DNA of 64,000 bases from Octopus vulgaris (lineage: Eukaryota), in contig OX597821.1 of NCBI GenBank assembly GCA_951406725.2, forward strand, positions 90,520,001 through 90,584,000, given 5' to 3'. Under the pieces are notes generated by a model. It did not search any database, was not told where the DNA came from, and was given only the letters and a program-made list of their open reading frames with translations. Every line of letters begins with the position of its first letter. The stretch's first letter is position 1. Made by a program: the position numbers and the translations under genes. Of the stretch, positions 52,316 through 64,000 are shown in pieces.

Positions 52316-53591
52316 TATTGCCATCCCATAAATAATGTGGTTTTTCAATTGCATGAACTAAAAGTTGAAGTGGGACAGGATAAACAACCTGCATCAATTT
52401 GCTATAAAAGCAGTTAGTAATTTTGCCTTCTACTTATTCTTAGTGCAAGTTTTGAAGAGTACAGTTCGATTTTAATAGTTATTTTTTCAAAGCTATAATG
52501 GAAGTGACAAAGTAGAATATTCAGCATATTTTGATTTGAGTTCAATAAATGCAACAATGCAAGAGAAAGTGCGAGGAAAATTAATGTAGTATATGGTTAT
52601 CGGACAATGTGCATAAGCCAGTTTCAACGGTGGCTCACGAAATTCTGAGCTTGAAACTATAGCTTAGTAGACGAGCCTCATCCTGGAAGATCTGTAGAGC
52701 TCAATGAGGACGTCCTGCAAACCCTGGTGGAACAAAATCCCTTTGTAACTGCTGAGAAACTAAGAGAGAAGCTTGGATTTGGTCATTCAACCATTCATCA
52801 ATGCCTGGGTGTCATCAGGAAAGTCGGCAAATTGGGTCAATGGGTTCCTCACAAACTTTCTGAGTCTAATCGTATGCAGAGAGTGAATGTGTGCTCTTCT
52901 TTGCCATTTCATCTCAACAATGAACCTGTTTTAGACCGAATAGTGACTGGTGATGAGAAATGGGTTTTCTATAAAAGTATCAAATGCTGAGAATAGTGAG
53001 CAGGGAAAGGAGAAATACCAGCACCCCAGGCTAAAGAAGATTTTTCACTTACATAAGGTGTTGTTATCTGTTTGGAGGGATATGAAAGGCTTAGTCCACT
53101 TTGAACTTTTAAACCCAAACCAAACAATAATAGCAAAGGAGATCTACTGTGTGAGCAGCTTGAGTGGCTTAAGTCAGCGCTAGAAGAAAAACGACCATCT
53201 TTGGTATCAAGACGAAAGTCTATCAGGATAATGCAGCAAGGATGATATTCCAAAGGCTGGTGCAGTTTGAACGGGAAACGATGCCCCCCTTCCCTATATT
53301 CACCAGACATTGCCCCATCTGATTAGCATTTATTCTGCAGTCTTCGAAATCATTTGGACAGAAAAAAATATGAATTTAGTAGACGAGGACAGAACAGTAC
53401 TGGAGGAGTATTTTTTATTATGGACAAATAAATTTTGGAAGAGGGGCCTTGCAAGTCTACCAGGTAGATGGAAGAGCATTGTAGAAAATGGAGGAAAGTA
53501 TATTTTAGATTAAAAAAGTACTTTGTTTATTTTAATTTTGAAAAATAAAAGAAGTATAAAAATACAACATTATTTATGGGATGACCCAATA
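52316..53591 (+). mobile_element. Full-length (~1.28 kb) decayed mariner transposon
   Basis: TIR TTGGGTCATCCCATAAATAATG / CATTATTTATGGGATGACCCAA|TA; transposase motifs GQWVPHKL, DRIVTGDEKW and YSPDIAPSD, with stops and frameshifts. Confidence 0.93.
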
Positions 53592-54894
53592 ATATTAATT
53601 ATTGTTTGTTTATACTCAAAAACAGTTACTATAGGGCATGTAACGAGGGAAACTGTGCATGATACATCTTTTTGTATGACTAGCAAAACGTCATCAGTAG
53701 TGTGACCGAAAGTCATTAAATGTTTCATGTCCTTAAACTTCAGATCCTCTCAACCAGGTGATCCAGCCAAGGATGATCAAGTCCTCAACTTGATCCCAGC
53801 AAGAGCAGTCCATGGGACAGGCCTTTTAATTTAGAACCCTTTGTAGCTTCAGTTGAAGAATCAGTGACCTGATTTTTTTTTTTTTTTTTTGCCAACCCTG
53901 GAAGCCCAACCAGTTTGGTCCTTTGTAAGGATGGATTTTGCTGAATATTGAGTAGAGTATGTGTTACAATGCCAATACAGCTCACCTCTGTAAACTTGCA
54001 ATGTGTCTTCTAGCTTCTGTTCAGACACTTCTCCACTAATTTCAGGTATCCCCCACATTTCTATTCATTGGGTTCATTAATCCACCTCTCCCAGAACACG
54101 AGTTCCAGCATGTTCACTTGTTTCATTTTGCCTCGGAGCAGATTATCATATCTAACTTGAGCAACGTTGGAACAATGTGCTGTTGAAACTTGTATGTCTA
54201 CCCAAATCAACATATAGGAAACAGTTACGGTTGAGTAGAGGAAACCAACAGTTGGTTTTGGTAATGGATATTGTCAGTAAATTTAATTAAATAAATTCTT
54301 GCAGGTTCGTTTTTGTATCCGGTTTGCAAGATTCTTTATGTGAATTCACGTGTTGAAACAAATTTTGTTGTATTTAGGGAGAGTCATTATGCTAATATTA
54401 TTAACCAACTGACTAATAATAAAGGAGCAGAATTGAACCAGTGCATGTGTTAATATTGGCATAACGACTCACCTTAGATGCAACAGGTATATTGGTACAG
54501 GTATATTGGGAAAAATTATTGAGCTCTTCAAAGAAGGGTGCCACCCGAAATGTCTTGTCTCAATACTTGTCATAACACATGAACTTTTAAGATTTAATTT
54601 TTATTGAGACCAAAGTGATGGTGGTGGTGGTGGTGGTGGTGATGCTACTGCTGTTTCTGCTTCTTCTTCTGCTGCTGATGGCAGTGGTAGTGCTCATGCT
54701 GGTGGCAGTGGTGGAGGTATTTTTTTTACATTGGTATAAAATCAATTAACTACACTTGCCAATGGCAGATCATCACCAGTTTCTTAATATTCTAATTCTT
54801 TTCTTTGATTTTTAAATACAGTAAATATTTTGGCCTGTTTCTCTACTGTTTTAGTTAACTCTGCTACCCTATACATTAGTCAAATATTGATTCA

Positions 54895-56378
54895 TAATAT
54901 TGGCAAAAGACCATAAATTTAGGGAGAAGAATTTTATAGTTGGCTAAAGCAGCAACTGTTCTTGACTGATACTTTATTATCTCAATCTGGTAAGATGAAA
55001 GATAAAGGTAATCTCAGTTGAATTTTCTGCTCGGGATATAACAGTCTTTAACTAAATACCACAAGATGTTTTACCCAGTTCTTTAAAAATTCTACTCATC
55101 TACCACCTTTTACAGCTCTTGTGTTAACTTCTAACTAGGAAAATAAACAGTTTCTGCAGAGAAGGAAGGCAGTACTTAATTGTATTTATTCCAATGTATT
55201 GATTTGATATTTTGGCACAAGGATAGCAATTTTAGGGAAGAGGTAAAATCAATTACACCTACCCTGGCTTCCAAGTGGTACTTTCTTTATTGACCCTAAA
55301 AGGATGAAAGGCAATGTCAACCTCAGTACAATTTGAACTCAGAATGTAAAGACAGGTAAAATCTTGTATCACTTTGTGTGGCATGCTAATGATTCTGTGA
55401 GCTCACTACCTTATATTTAATCCTATATATTATCAAAACTTTTCACAGTATGTAGTAAATCTCAAGGTTTTTCTCTTAAAATATATACTCATTTTATGAT
55501 TAGTATCATTAACTTAATTACAAGTTAATTGTGAATCACATACCATAGCAATAATAATTCTTTCTACTATTTGGCATAAGGCCTGAAAATTTGTGAAAGG
55601 GGCTAGTCAATTACTTTGACCCCAGTATCCAACTGGCACTTATTTCATCAACTCCAATATGATGGAAATCAAAATTGACCTTAGCGGGGTTCAAACTCAG
55701 AACATAAAGCCGGAAGAAATGCTCTTAGGCAATTTATTCCATGATCATCATCATCATCACCGTTATCATCATTTAATGTCCATTTCCCCTATTGAGCAAT
55801 TTGACTGAAAACTGGTAAGTTGTTGGGGTTGCACCAGATTCTAGTCTGATTTGGCATGATTTCTACAGCTGGATGCCCTTCCTAAAGCCGACCACTCCAA
55901 GAGTGTAATGAGCGCTTGGTGCCAGTTATGAAACACCAGCATTGGCCATGACAAACCGTATCTTAATGTGTATACAGAACCCCATCATTTTGGGGGCTTA
56001 AAATTTGGAAAAAAAGGTTTTTTATGGTATTATAATACTATCCATGTATAAGAAACTCCCATATTTTTTTAACCTAATTTTTGACAAAAAGGGTTCCTTA
56101 TACATGTTAAAATACGGTAATCCTCATATGCTAACGATTCTGCCACTTCACTGCCTTAACCACAACAATAATTATAATGGTTTCAAATTTCGACACAAAG
56201 CCAGCTATTTTGGAGGATGGAGGTAAGTCGGTTTCATCAACCCTAATGCTTGACTAGTACATATTTTATCAATCCCCAAAAGGATGAAAGGCAAAGTCAA
56301 CCTTGGCAGAATTTGAGATGGATGGAATGTGGCTAAGCATTTTGCTGAGCATGCTAATGTTTCCGCCAACTTGCTGCC
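54895..56378 (-). mobile_element. Cluster of old family B-related SINE copies and an RTE tail
   Basis: GGATGAAAGGCAA.GTCAACCT-type cores at ~55000, ~55310, ~55670 and ~56290; RTE tail at 55745-55950. Confidence 0.7.
55956..56117. mobile_element. Small pogo/Tc-type MITE (CCGTA...TACGG|TA)
   Basis: CCGTATCTTAATGTGTATA..GAACCC pairs with GGGTTCCTTATACATGTTAAAATACGG. Confidence 0.7.
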
Positions 56379-56492
56379 CTGTCCACAATAATAATATTTA
56401 ATATGAAAAGAAATATGGTCGGTTGGTCATAATCAGTATTGATCATAGATCTTTTCGTTAAAAGATAGTCCCAGTTCACGATGTACTTGTTA

Positions 56493-56494
<2 letters not shown>

Positions 56495-56537
<43 letters not shown>

Positions 56538-56842
56538 GTTTAACATCCGTTTTCCGTGCTAGCACGGGTTGGACGGTTCAACCGGGGTCTGGGAAACCAG
56601 GGGATGCACCAGGCTCCAGTCTGATCTGGCAGTGTTTCTACAGCTGGATGCCTTTCCTAACGCCAACCACTCCGCAAGTGTAGTGGGTGCTTTTTACATG
56701 CCACTTGCACAGGTGCCAGGGGTGTCTGGCATCGGCCACGATCGGCTGGTGCTTTTAATGTGCCACCGGCACGGAAGCCAGCCAAAGCGGCGCTGGCATC
56801 AGCCACATTCGGATGGTGCTTTTTATGTGCCACTAGCACAGG
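56495..56842 (-). mobile_element. RTE 3'-tail element, close relative of 33056-33443
   Basis: (CAT)n followed by a near-identical reverse complement; it yields the same spurious ORF text. Confidence 0.9.
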
Positions 56843-59180
56843 AGAATGAAGGGTGAAGCTGACACCAACGCCAGTAAGGTTTGAACTTAGATAGAAATAA
56901 ATACTAAAAGTCATTTCATCCCGGTGCTCTATCATGTCTGCCAATTGACCACTTTTCGACAGTGCTATAATGTTAAATGATAAAGGCTGCCAAAACTAGC
57001 ACAAATACTATTTCAGAGCTGTCTGAAAGGTTGTCTGTCATATTTTGAGGAAAATCTCTGCAAACAACAAAGACCAACAAAAATCTATAAACAGTTAAAA
57101 TGAGAAAGAGAGAAACCCCCCATGCTGTTTAATCTTTGTCCCTCAAAGCAAATGTTGTGATAATGTTTGGCCATTGTTATCAAGTTGATCCTTGCTAACT
57201 GACCTACAGGGTTAAACCTAATGACAGCATTGCAAGCAGAAAGAGTGAACACAACAAAGAATTTAAAGACATCCGCGCGCTTCCGATCAATGTTTCCTTA
57301 GTTTCAAAGTTATACAGCTGTCTTTTCTTTCTTTCTTTCCTTCTTTCTTTCTTCCTTCCTTTCTTTCTTTCTTTTTTTCTTGTTTCTTCTTTTCTTTCTT
57401 TATTTCTATCTTATTTATATATTTATTTATTCTTACATTTTTTTATATTTATTTTTGTATTTGTTTTTGTTTTTGTTTTGTTCTGTTTCTTTTTTTCTTT
57501 TTTTCTTTCATTCTTTCTTTTAATGTTTTCGGTGAATATTCTGCAATGTTGATGATAACAATATTTGTCGGCAATCAATAACAGTAATGGCATTTAGTCG
57601 AGAGCTTATAAGTGTTAATAGACTATAAAAATATTCACTTCAATGGATCTATGTGTTGTAGCAATGTAGCAACCCCTGCGTCATTCTGTATGAATATATA
57701 GCTTATCACTTCACTAGCTTCTAGTTTGATAACTGTATTGCTCCGTAATCAATAGGAAAATATTGGTCTGTGGTTAAACAACTCTAGCGGGTTATGTTTT
57801 TGGAGCTATTAAAGTCTATTAAAGTCTATACTGTAGAAACACTGCATAGAGTATCTCTGTAATCTACAACGAGATTAATATGTAGCTAACTACTCCTAAT
57901 GTTCTAATCTTCCACCATAGAAGTCTGTAGAAGGTTGTGTATGCAGTTAATATACTGTAGCAATAATAGTCTATACTTAATTCATTCATTTCTTCTGACA
58001 GTTCAGCTGAAACAGTGAGTGATACATATTTATAAAGCATGTATGAGCCACAGATGTGGGAAGGCTGAATTTGCTTATCGCACTCTAATTTGAAGTGGAT
58101 CTTTACCCATATGTCTGTTTGCCTAGCCTCAAAGAGAGAGAGACATCTCACATAATAAATGGTGTTTGCTACAATGCTTATTCTAACTTTTTATGGGAGT
58201 GTTACAACATTTAAGATATACACACGTCTGTTACATGTTTTGATAATGCAAGCACCAAAACTCAGCACTACAATGCTTTGAAACATTTTCCCACTTATGT
58301 ATTTCTATGAAACCTACCTCATCATGATACCAATTTATAGTTTGGTGGTGTAGGTCATTGAGAGCAAAGTAGTTTTCTATTAACATTTCTGGGAAGGATT
58401 GAAAAGTGATAATTCTTTGAACTGATAAACCAGCACTTTAATGCAGAGAATAAAACCTAGAATCTGAGAATACTGGTGAGGGTGTATACCAGCACAAACA
58501 AATAATAGAAGCAGACAGACCCAGTTGTTTGTCTGATCAGCTTCATTATATTCTCTATTAAGGAGTAAGAGCTTGAAATATTAGATTTTCTAGTCCTAGC
58601 AATTGAATTTATTGGCATTCCATGTACAATCTCCATATAATAGTTAACCAGAAGCACTGATAAAATATTTAAAAGTACATTGGAAATTCAACATTCAATA
58701 ATGGTTTACTACATTGCCTTGTAGTCAATTACTGTGCCAACTTAGAACTCATTCAGATCTGGTTTAGGTAAGATTATCTGGCTGAGAGATAAAAACTCCT
58801 CTGGGATAGGATAAATAGCAATCACAGGCAGATATTACTCACAAGGCCAATTGATGACAGCTGAGTTAATGAATGTACTATTGCAGCTGCACCTTTTGCT
58901 TTCACAGCAACAATTTCTGATAATGTAATGGTGTGTATGATTAAGTGATTAGCAAAGTGTGTAGAGAATAATAAGAAACACTAGAGATAGTTGGTTACAT
59001 CTTTCAAAATATAGAATTCAAGTTCTTCCTGCTTGGGGTTAATAAAATAAGAACTAATCTATAAAATGTGTTGTGGTTAGAAGATTGCTAGAGTTGTAGC
59101 TGGTATCTCAACACTGCCATCCAGTCATTTCAATGTAATGAATAAAACAATAAAATATAGATGTCTTAGTTCCTTCAAAT

Positions 59181-59320
<140 letters not shown>

Positions 59321-60075
59321 CAGAAAATAGCTAACTCCATCCACCAGAGTACCAAAGTAATGATAAACTGCCCTAACATGCACCCAAACTATAGGCTACC
59401 AGTTTTAGAAACAGAACTCTGGCTTGATACCAAGAACAGTGAGGTCCAAATCCTTCACTCCCATTATGCCAAACCCATGGCCTCTAAATACCTTGTTCAC
59501 AAGAACACAACCATTTTGGACAATGCTAAGTTCAATATTCTTATAGCAGACTTGGTGAGAATGATGAGGAATGTGTCTCACATGTTCAACCTTATGGAAT
59601 TGGAAAGACACATTCAATACTTCATCCACTGCATGCAGTTCTCTGGTTACAACCAAAGGGAGAGGATTAGAGTGTACAAAGGAGCCGGGGCTAAGTGCAA
59701 AGCCATCATAGAGAGTGATGCAAAGGGGATCTGCCTGCTATACAGCATAGAAAGGTCTAGAAAAAAGAGAGATAAGGCCAACTCATGGTATGATGACAAA
59801 AATAACCAGGGTGTCATGTTCGCTGATGCTACCACGAGTGTTGAACTAACATACCTTTCTAGAAAGGCATTAGTTAAAGATAATCTATGGATTAAAGTAG
59901 TAGAAAGGCCTGGAACCCACATATAATCCCTGATCTGTAGAACTTATACTTTCAATAGGTTCTTATGTAAAGAGAACAATTGTATTGTATGTAGGATGAA
60001 ATCACAGGTTCGCTGTAAAGTTAGGAATATAGTGTATAGTTTACAATGTACTGAGGAACAGTGCAAAAACATGAC
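59321..60075 (+). pseudogene. Penelope-like element relic: RT thumb/linker through the start of the Cys-rich GIY-YIG region (Neptune-like)
   Basis: LPVLETELW (LPxLD), HSHYAKPMAS (YxKP), QFSGY and VVERPG, followed by C..NC..C...C..RNIVYSLQC...C. Confidence 0.8.
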
Positions 60076-60369
60076 ATCTATTTTACATATATAGACACAT
60101 ATGCACATACCCATGATAAATCTAAGAAATAGAGAGAGAGAGAGACAAAAGATTTCTGGACAATGGACATGAATTAGAATAAGAACAGTAATAAATGAGC
60201 AAAGAACGAATATGTAGTGCTTGTGTTTATTTACCAAAATAAATGGCCATCTTGAAATACAACAATATCTGTTTCAACACATGGCTTCACATCAGGAATC
60301 TTACAATGCAAATTCATAAATGCATATATATATATACATATATATATACACATACATATCTATATTCTT

Positions 60370-60768
60370 TTATTCTTTTCCATATTTTGGTCATTTGACT
60401 GTGGCCTTGCTGAGGCAGCACCTTAAAGAGTTTTGGTCAAAGAAAGCAACAGAAAGACCTGTTTGTAAGCCTAGTCCTCATTGTATCAGTCCTTTTTGCT
60501 GAACCACTAATTTGCAGAAACAATAGCACACCAAAATCACTTGTCAAGCAATGGTGGAGTGATATATACAGACTCAAAGATACACACACATAATATATAT
60601 ATATATATATATATATGAGTGGCTTCTTTCAGGCTTTGTCTACCAAATCCACATTAAAAGACTATGGTTGGTCCAAGGCTTAGTGGAAAACACTTGCGCA
60701 AGTTGCTATGCATTGGGATTGAACCCAGAACCATATGGTTGGGAAGCAAGCTTCTTACTACACAGCTA
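60370..60768 (-). mobile_element. Old SINE family A copy
   Basis: Colinear and strongly diverged. Confidence 0.75.
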
Positions 60769-60796
60769 TATGAATATAAATATAAATATAAATATT

Positions 60797-60942
60797 CATC
60801 ATCATCATCATCGTCGTTTAACGTCCGCTTTCCATGCTAGCATGGGTTGGACGGTTTGACTGTGGGCTGGCAAACCAGATGGCTGCACCAGGCTCCAGTC
60901 TTGATCTAGCAGAGTTTCTACAGCTGGATGCCCTTCCTAGTG
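60797..60942 (-). mobile_element. RTE 3'-tail fragment
   Basis: (CAT)n CGTTTAACGTCCGCTTTCCATGCTAGCATGGGTTGGACGG...GGATGCCCTTCC. Confidence 0.88.
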
Positions 60943-60949
60943 CGTTAGG

Positions 60950-60987
<38 letters not shown>

Positions 60988-61268
60988 GCGTACATATATA
61001 CATTTATATATACATATATACATGTATATATATATACATTTATATATACATATATACATGTATATATATATATATACACGTGTGTGTGTGTGTGTGTGTG
61101 TAGTCATGCATGTAGATATACATATATATATTTAAAGTATTTCAAGAAATAAAATGTATTTATGTTAGAGCAAATGATTTCTACTAACTATATTGCAGTT
61201 TGTTAGCCATCTATCCAACCAGGGTGGATAAAATAAAGTAGCAGTCAAGCACCGGGGATCAATAATAC

Positions 61269-61487
61269 TTATTTCTTTACTACCCACAGAGGGGACAAAC
61301 AAGGACAGACAAACGAATTAAGTCGTTTACATCGACCCCAGTGCATAACTGGTACTTAATTTATCGACCCCGAAAGGATGAAAGCAAAGTCGACCTCGGC
61401 GGAATTTGAACTCAGAACGTAATGGCAGACGAAATATGGCTATGTATTTCGCCCGGCGTGCTAACGTTTCTGCCAGCTTGCCGCCTT
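61269..61487 (-). mobile_element. SINE family B with an apparent TSD (GATCAATAATACT)
   Basis: Full copy flanked by GATCAATAATACT at 61257-61269 and 61488-61500. Confidence 0.9.
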
Positions 61488-62377
61488 GATCAATAATACT
61501 GATTTACTCCTCCCCTCAAAATTGCCGGCCTTGTACCTGAATCATGAACCATTTTATATAAACTGCGGAAGACTGGGAGATGAAGTGTAAAGCTAAATTC
61601 TAAATTGAAACTTTGAACTCAGATATGCAGGAATAAAAATCAACTGCTGTAAAGCAATCAATCCACCTGATTTTTCTGATGTCTTAGGTGGTTATTTATT
61701 ATGTTGTTTCAAAATTAGAAACTTAAACATGTCTAGATTTAAGTAATTTTTTTTTCCTTGTTGAAATATTACTATATTATATCAGCCGTATCTTTTTCTT
61801 CTGACATTTTGTGTGTGTCCATGTATGTATGAGTATATGTGTGTCCATGTTATGTGCATCTATGCGTACATGTCTGTATGTGTAATGTTTGAAGTATAAA
61901 CTAATCATTGCTAATTTTATTTACATCTATATATATGTATATATATTTTTAATATATTTTCTCCCAAATATCTTTATTTCACATCAAATATTTCTTGAAA
62001 TCTTGAGTTCACTTCAAATATTTTTGAAACAACATTTTCATTTTTCTTTTAATTTTGCCTTTTTTTTTCTGTTGTTGATGTAAATTAAACTTTATTACAT
62101 TTGAAACACAGCAGCCATGTTGTTTGGATTTAGCTGAAGCAAAATTTGATTGGTTGTACAAAGTCACATGCACAGTGTGGGTTACATGAATACTTCTATG
62201 TCTGTATGGATAGAGGCACGAATATATGTATGTATATATGCCTGAATTTATGTATGTATGTACATATGTATATATGTATGTATGTATGTATGTATATATA
62301 TGTATGTATACGTCTTTATATATAGATATATATACATACATATACATATAAATATATATACACACACACACAAATGC

Positions 62378-62427
<50 letters not shown>

Positions 62428-62747
62428 TTATTTATGTACTTGCATATGTAATTATATATATAATTGTATGTGTATATATTTCAGGTGATATGTTGGATAA
62501 CCATGTATGTAGTCTGAAAAATAATTAAAATTCTGGCAAAACCCAAACAACATAAACATCATTGAGGTAAAAATTCTCATTTCAACACACCACTGCCAAA
62601 TGATAATGAGTTCTATGGAAAAATACGAAAAGGGAATGAAACAAAAAAAAAAAAAAAGAATTGAAAAATTCAAAATTTGTATTTTTAACTAAATATCTTT
62701 AAATGTGTCTAAATTAAAATTCTAATAGTTATTTGAAATTAACAATG

Positions 62748-62785
<38 letters not shown>

Positions 62786-62878
62786 ACTGTGTATGTATAT
62801 GGGAATACATATAGATGGGCTTGCAAGAACATACACATTCATGCACACACATGCACACATACATTTGCATGTATGTAT

Positions 62879-62909
<31 letters not shown>

Positions 62910-63171
62910 CACGCATGCACAAAACATATATACACATACATACACAGACACACACACTTATATATACATATATATATATATCCATATACATATGTATGTA
63001 TGTATATATATGTAATTAAGATTATATGTATATATCCATAAGTACAACCCCATGTAAGCATGCTCAGAAGTAAACAGAACACATCTGTATCTGCATGTAT
63101 GATTGTTTATTTATTACTCTCTCTTTTCCTCCTTCATTTTTTTTTGGTGTATATATATATATATTATTATA

Positions 63172-63232
<61 letters not shown>

Positions 63233-63257
63233 TAACCATATATATATATATATATGA

Positions 63258-63289
<32 letters not shown>

Positions 63290-63455
63290 AGGTGCAGGAG
63301 TGGCTGTGTGGTAAGTAGCTAGGTAACCAACCACATGGTTCCGGGTTCAGTCCCACTGCGTGGCATCTTGGGCAAGTGTCTTCTGCTATAACCCCGGGCC
63401 GACCAATGCCTTGTGAGTGGATTTGGTAGACGGAAACTGAAAGAAGCCTGTTGTA
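63290..63455 (+). mobile_element. SINE family A 5' half, truncated in the internal TA tract
   Basis: AGGTGCAGGAGTGGCTGTGTGG...GAAACTGAAAGAAGCC. Confidence 0.9.
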
Positions 63456-63519
<64 letters not shown>

Positions 63520-63719
63520 GACCACGCTTATATATGTATATATGGAAACAGAGAGGCAAAAGTGAAGGAAAGAGGACGAATGAGAAGGGCAGAGGAGCTG
63601 TGTAGGTGCAAGTAGGTCTGTGTAGTAAAGAATGTTGCTTCAACATAACGAGGTTCTTGGTTCAATTCTGTGCACCTTGGGTGTCTTCAGCTATGGCTTT
63701 CATTTAGCATCGCAATATA

Positions 63720-63935
63720 TTGGTTTCAAATTTTGAGACAATCCCAGCAATTGTGAGGAAGGCGTAAGTCAATTGCATCAATCCCAGTACTTAAGTGGTA
63801 CTTATTTTGTTGATCCCAAAATGATGATTGGCTAAGTGGACCTTGGAAGAATTTGGACTTGAAATGTGAAGATAAATGAAATACCACTAAGCATTTTGCC
63901 CAGCATGGAAACAATTTTGCCAGCTCACTGCCTTA
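63720..63935 (-). mobile_element. Old family B-related SINE
   Basis: GGTTTCAAATTTTG...TGGTACTTATTT...AAGCATTTTGCCCAGCATG...GCCAGCTCACTGCC. Confidence 0.65.
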
Positions 63936-64000
63936 AGGTGTCTCTATGTATTAGAACCTGTAACTGTAAGACATCATTTCATTTCCTCTGAATTCCCCCC

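Noticed and set aside
53700-54110. Minus-strand ORF MWGIPEISGEVSEQKLEDTLQ as a host exon
   Set aside because: It resembles a decayed LINE ORF1 (I.GIPE motif), with stops and no good splice signals; too weak to annotate.

Overview
This is AT-rich, microsatellite-dense eukaryotic DNA, most likely intronic or intergenic sequence from an Octopus-type (coleoid cephalopod) genome. That assignment rests on recalled resemblance of the tRNA-derived SINE families, RTE tails and Dong/R4 and Penelope relics, not on a database search. No intact protein-coding gene is visible: nearly all ORFs in the track are translations of (TA)n, (CA)n, (TACA)n, (AAT)n or (CTT)n repeats or of SINEs. The window holds at least four SINE families, RTE and Dong/R4 LINE relics, two types of Penelope-like RT relic, three decayed Tc1/mariner elements and several MITEs (piggyBac-like, Merlin-like with TTAGGG repeats, long palindromic). 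The most notable observations are: a near-perfect triple tandem of a hairpin-rich 200-bp unit spaced by (TA)n; a short element with a minimal hammerhead ribozyme core and degenerate relatives; an apparent CpG-decay boundary near 23-25 kb downstream of a promoter-like region; and a few isolated candidate exons, including a possible 6-nt microexon. I cannot demonstrate a new biological system from sequence alone. Repeat boundaries are approximate.
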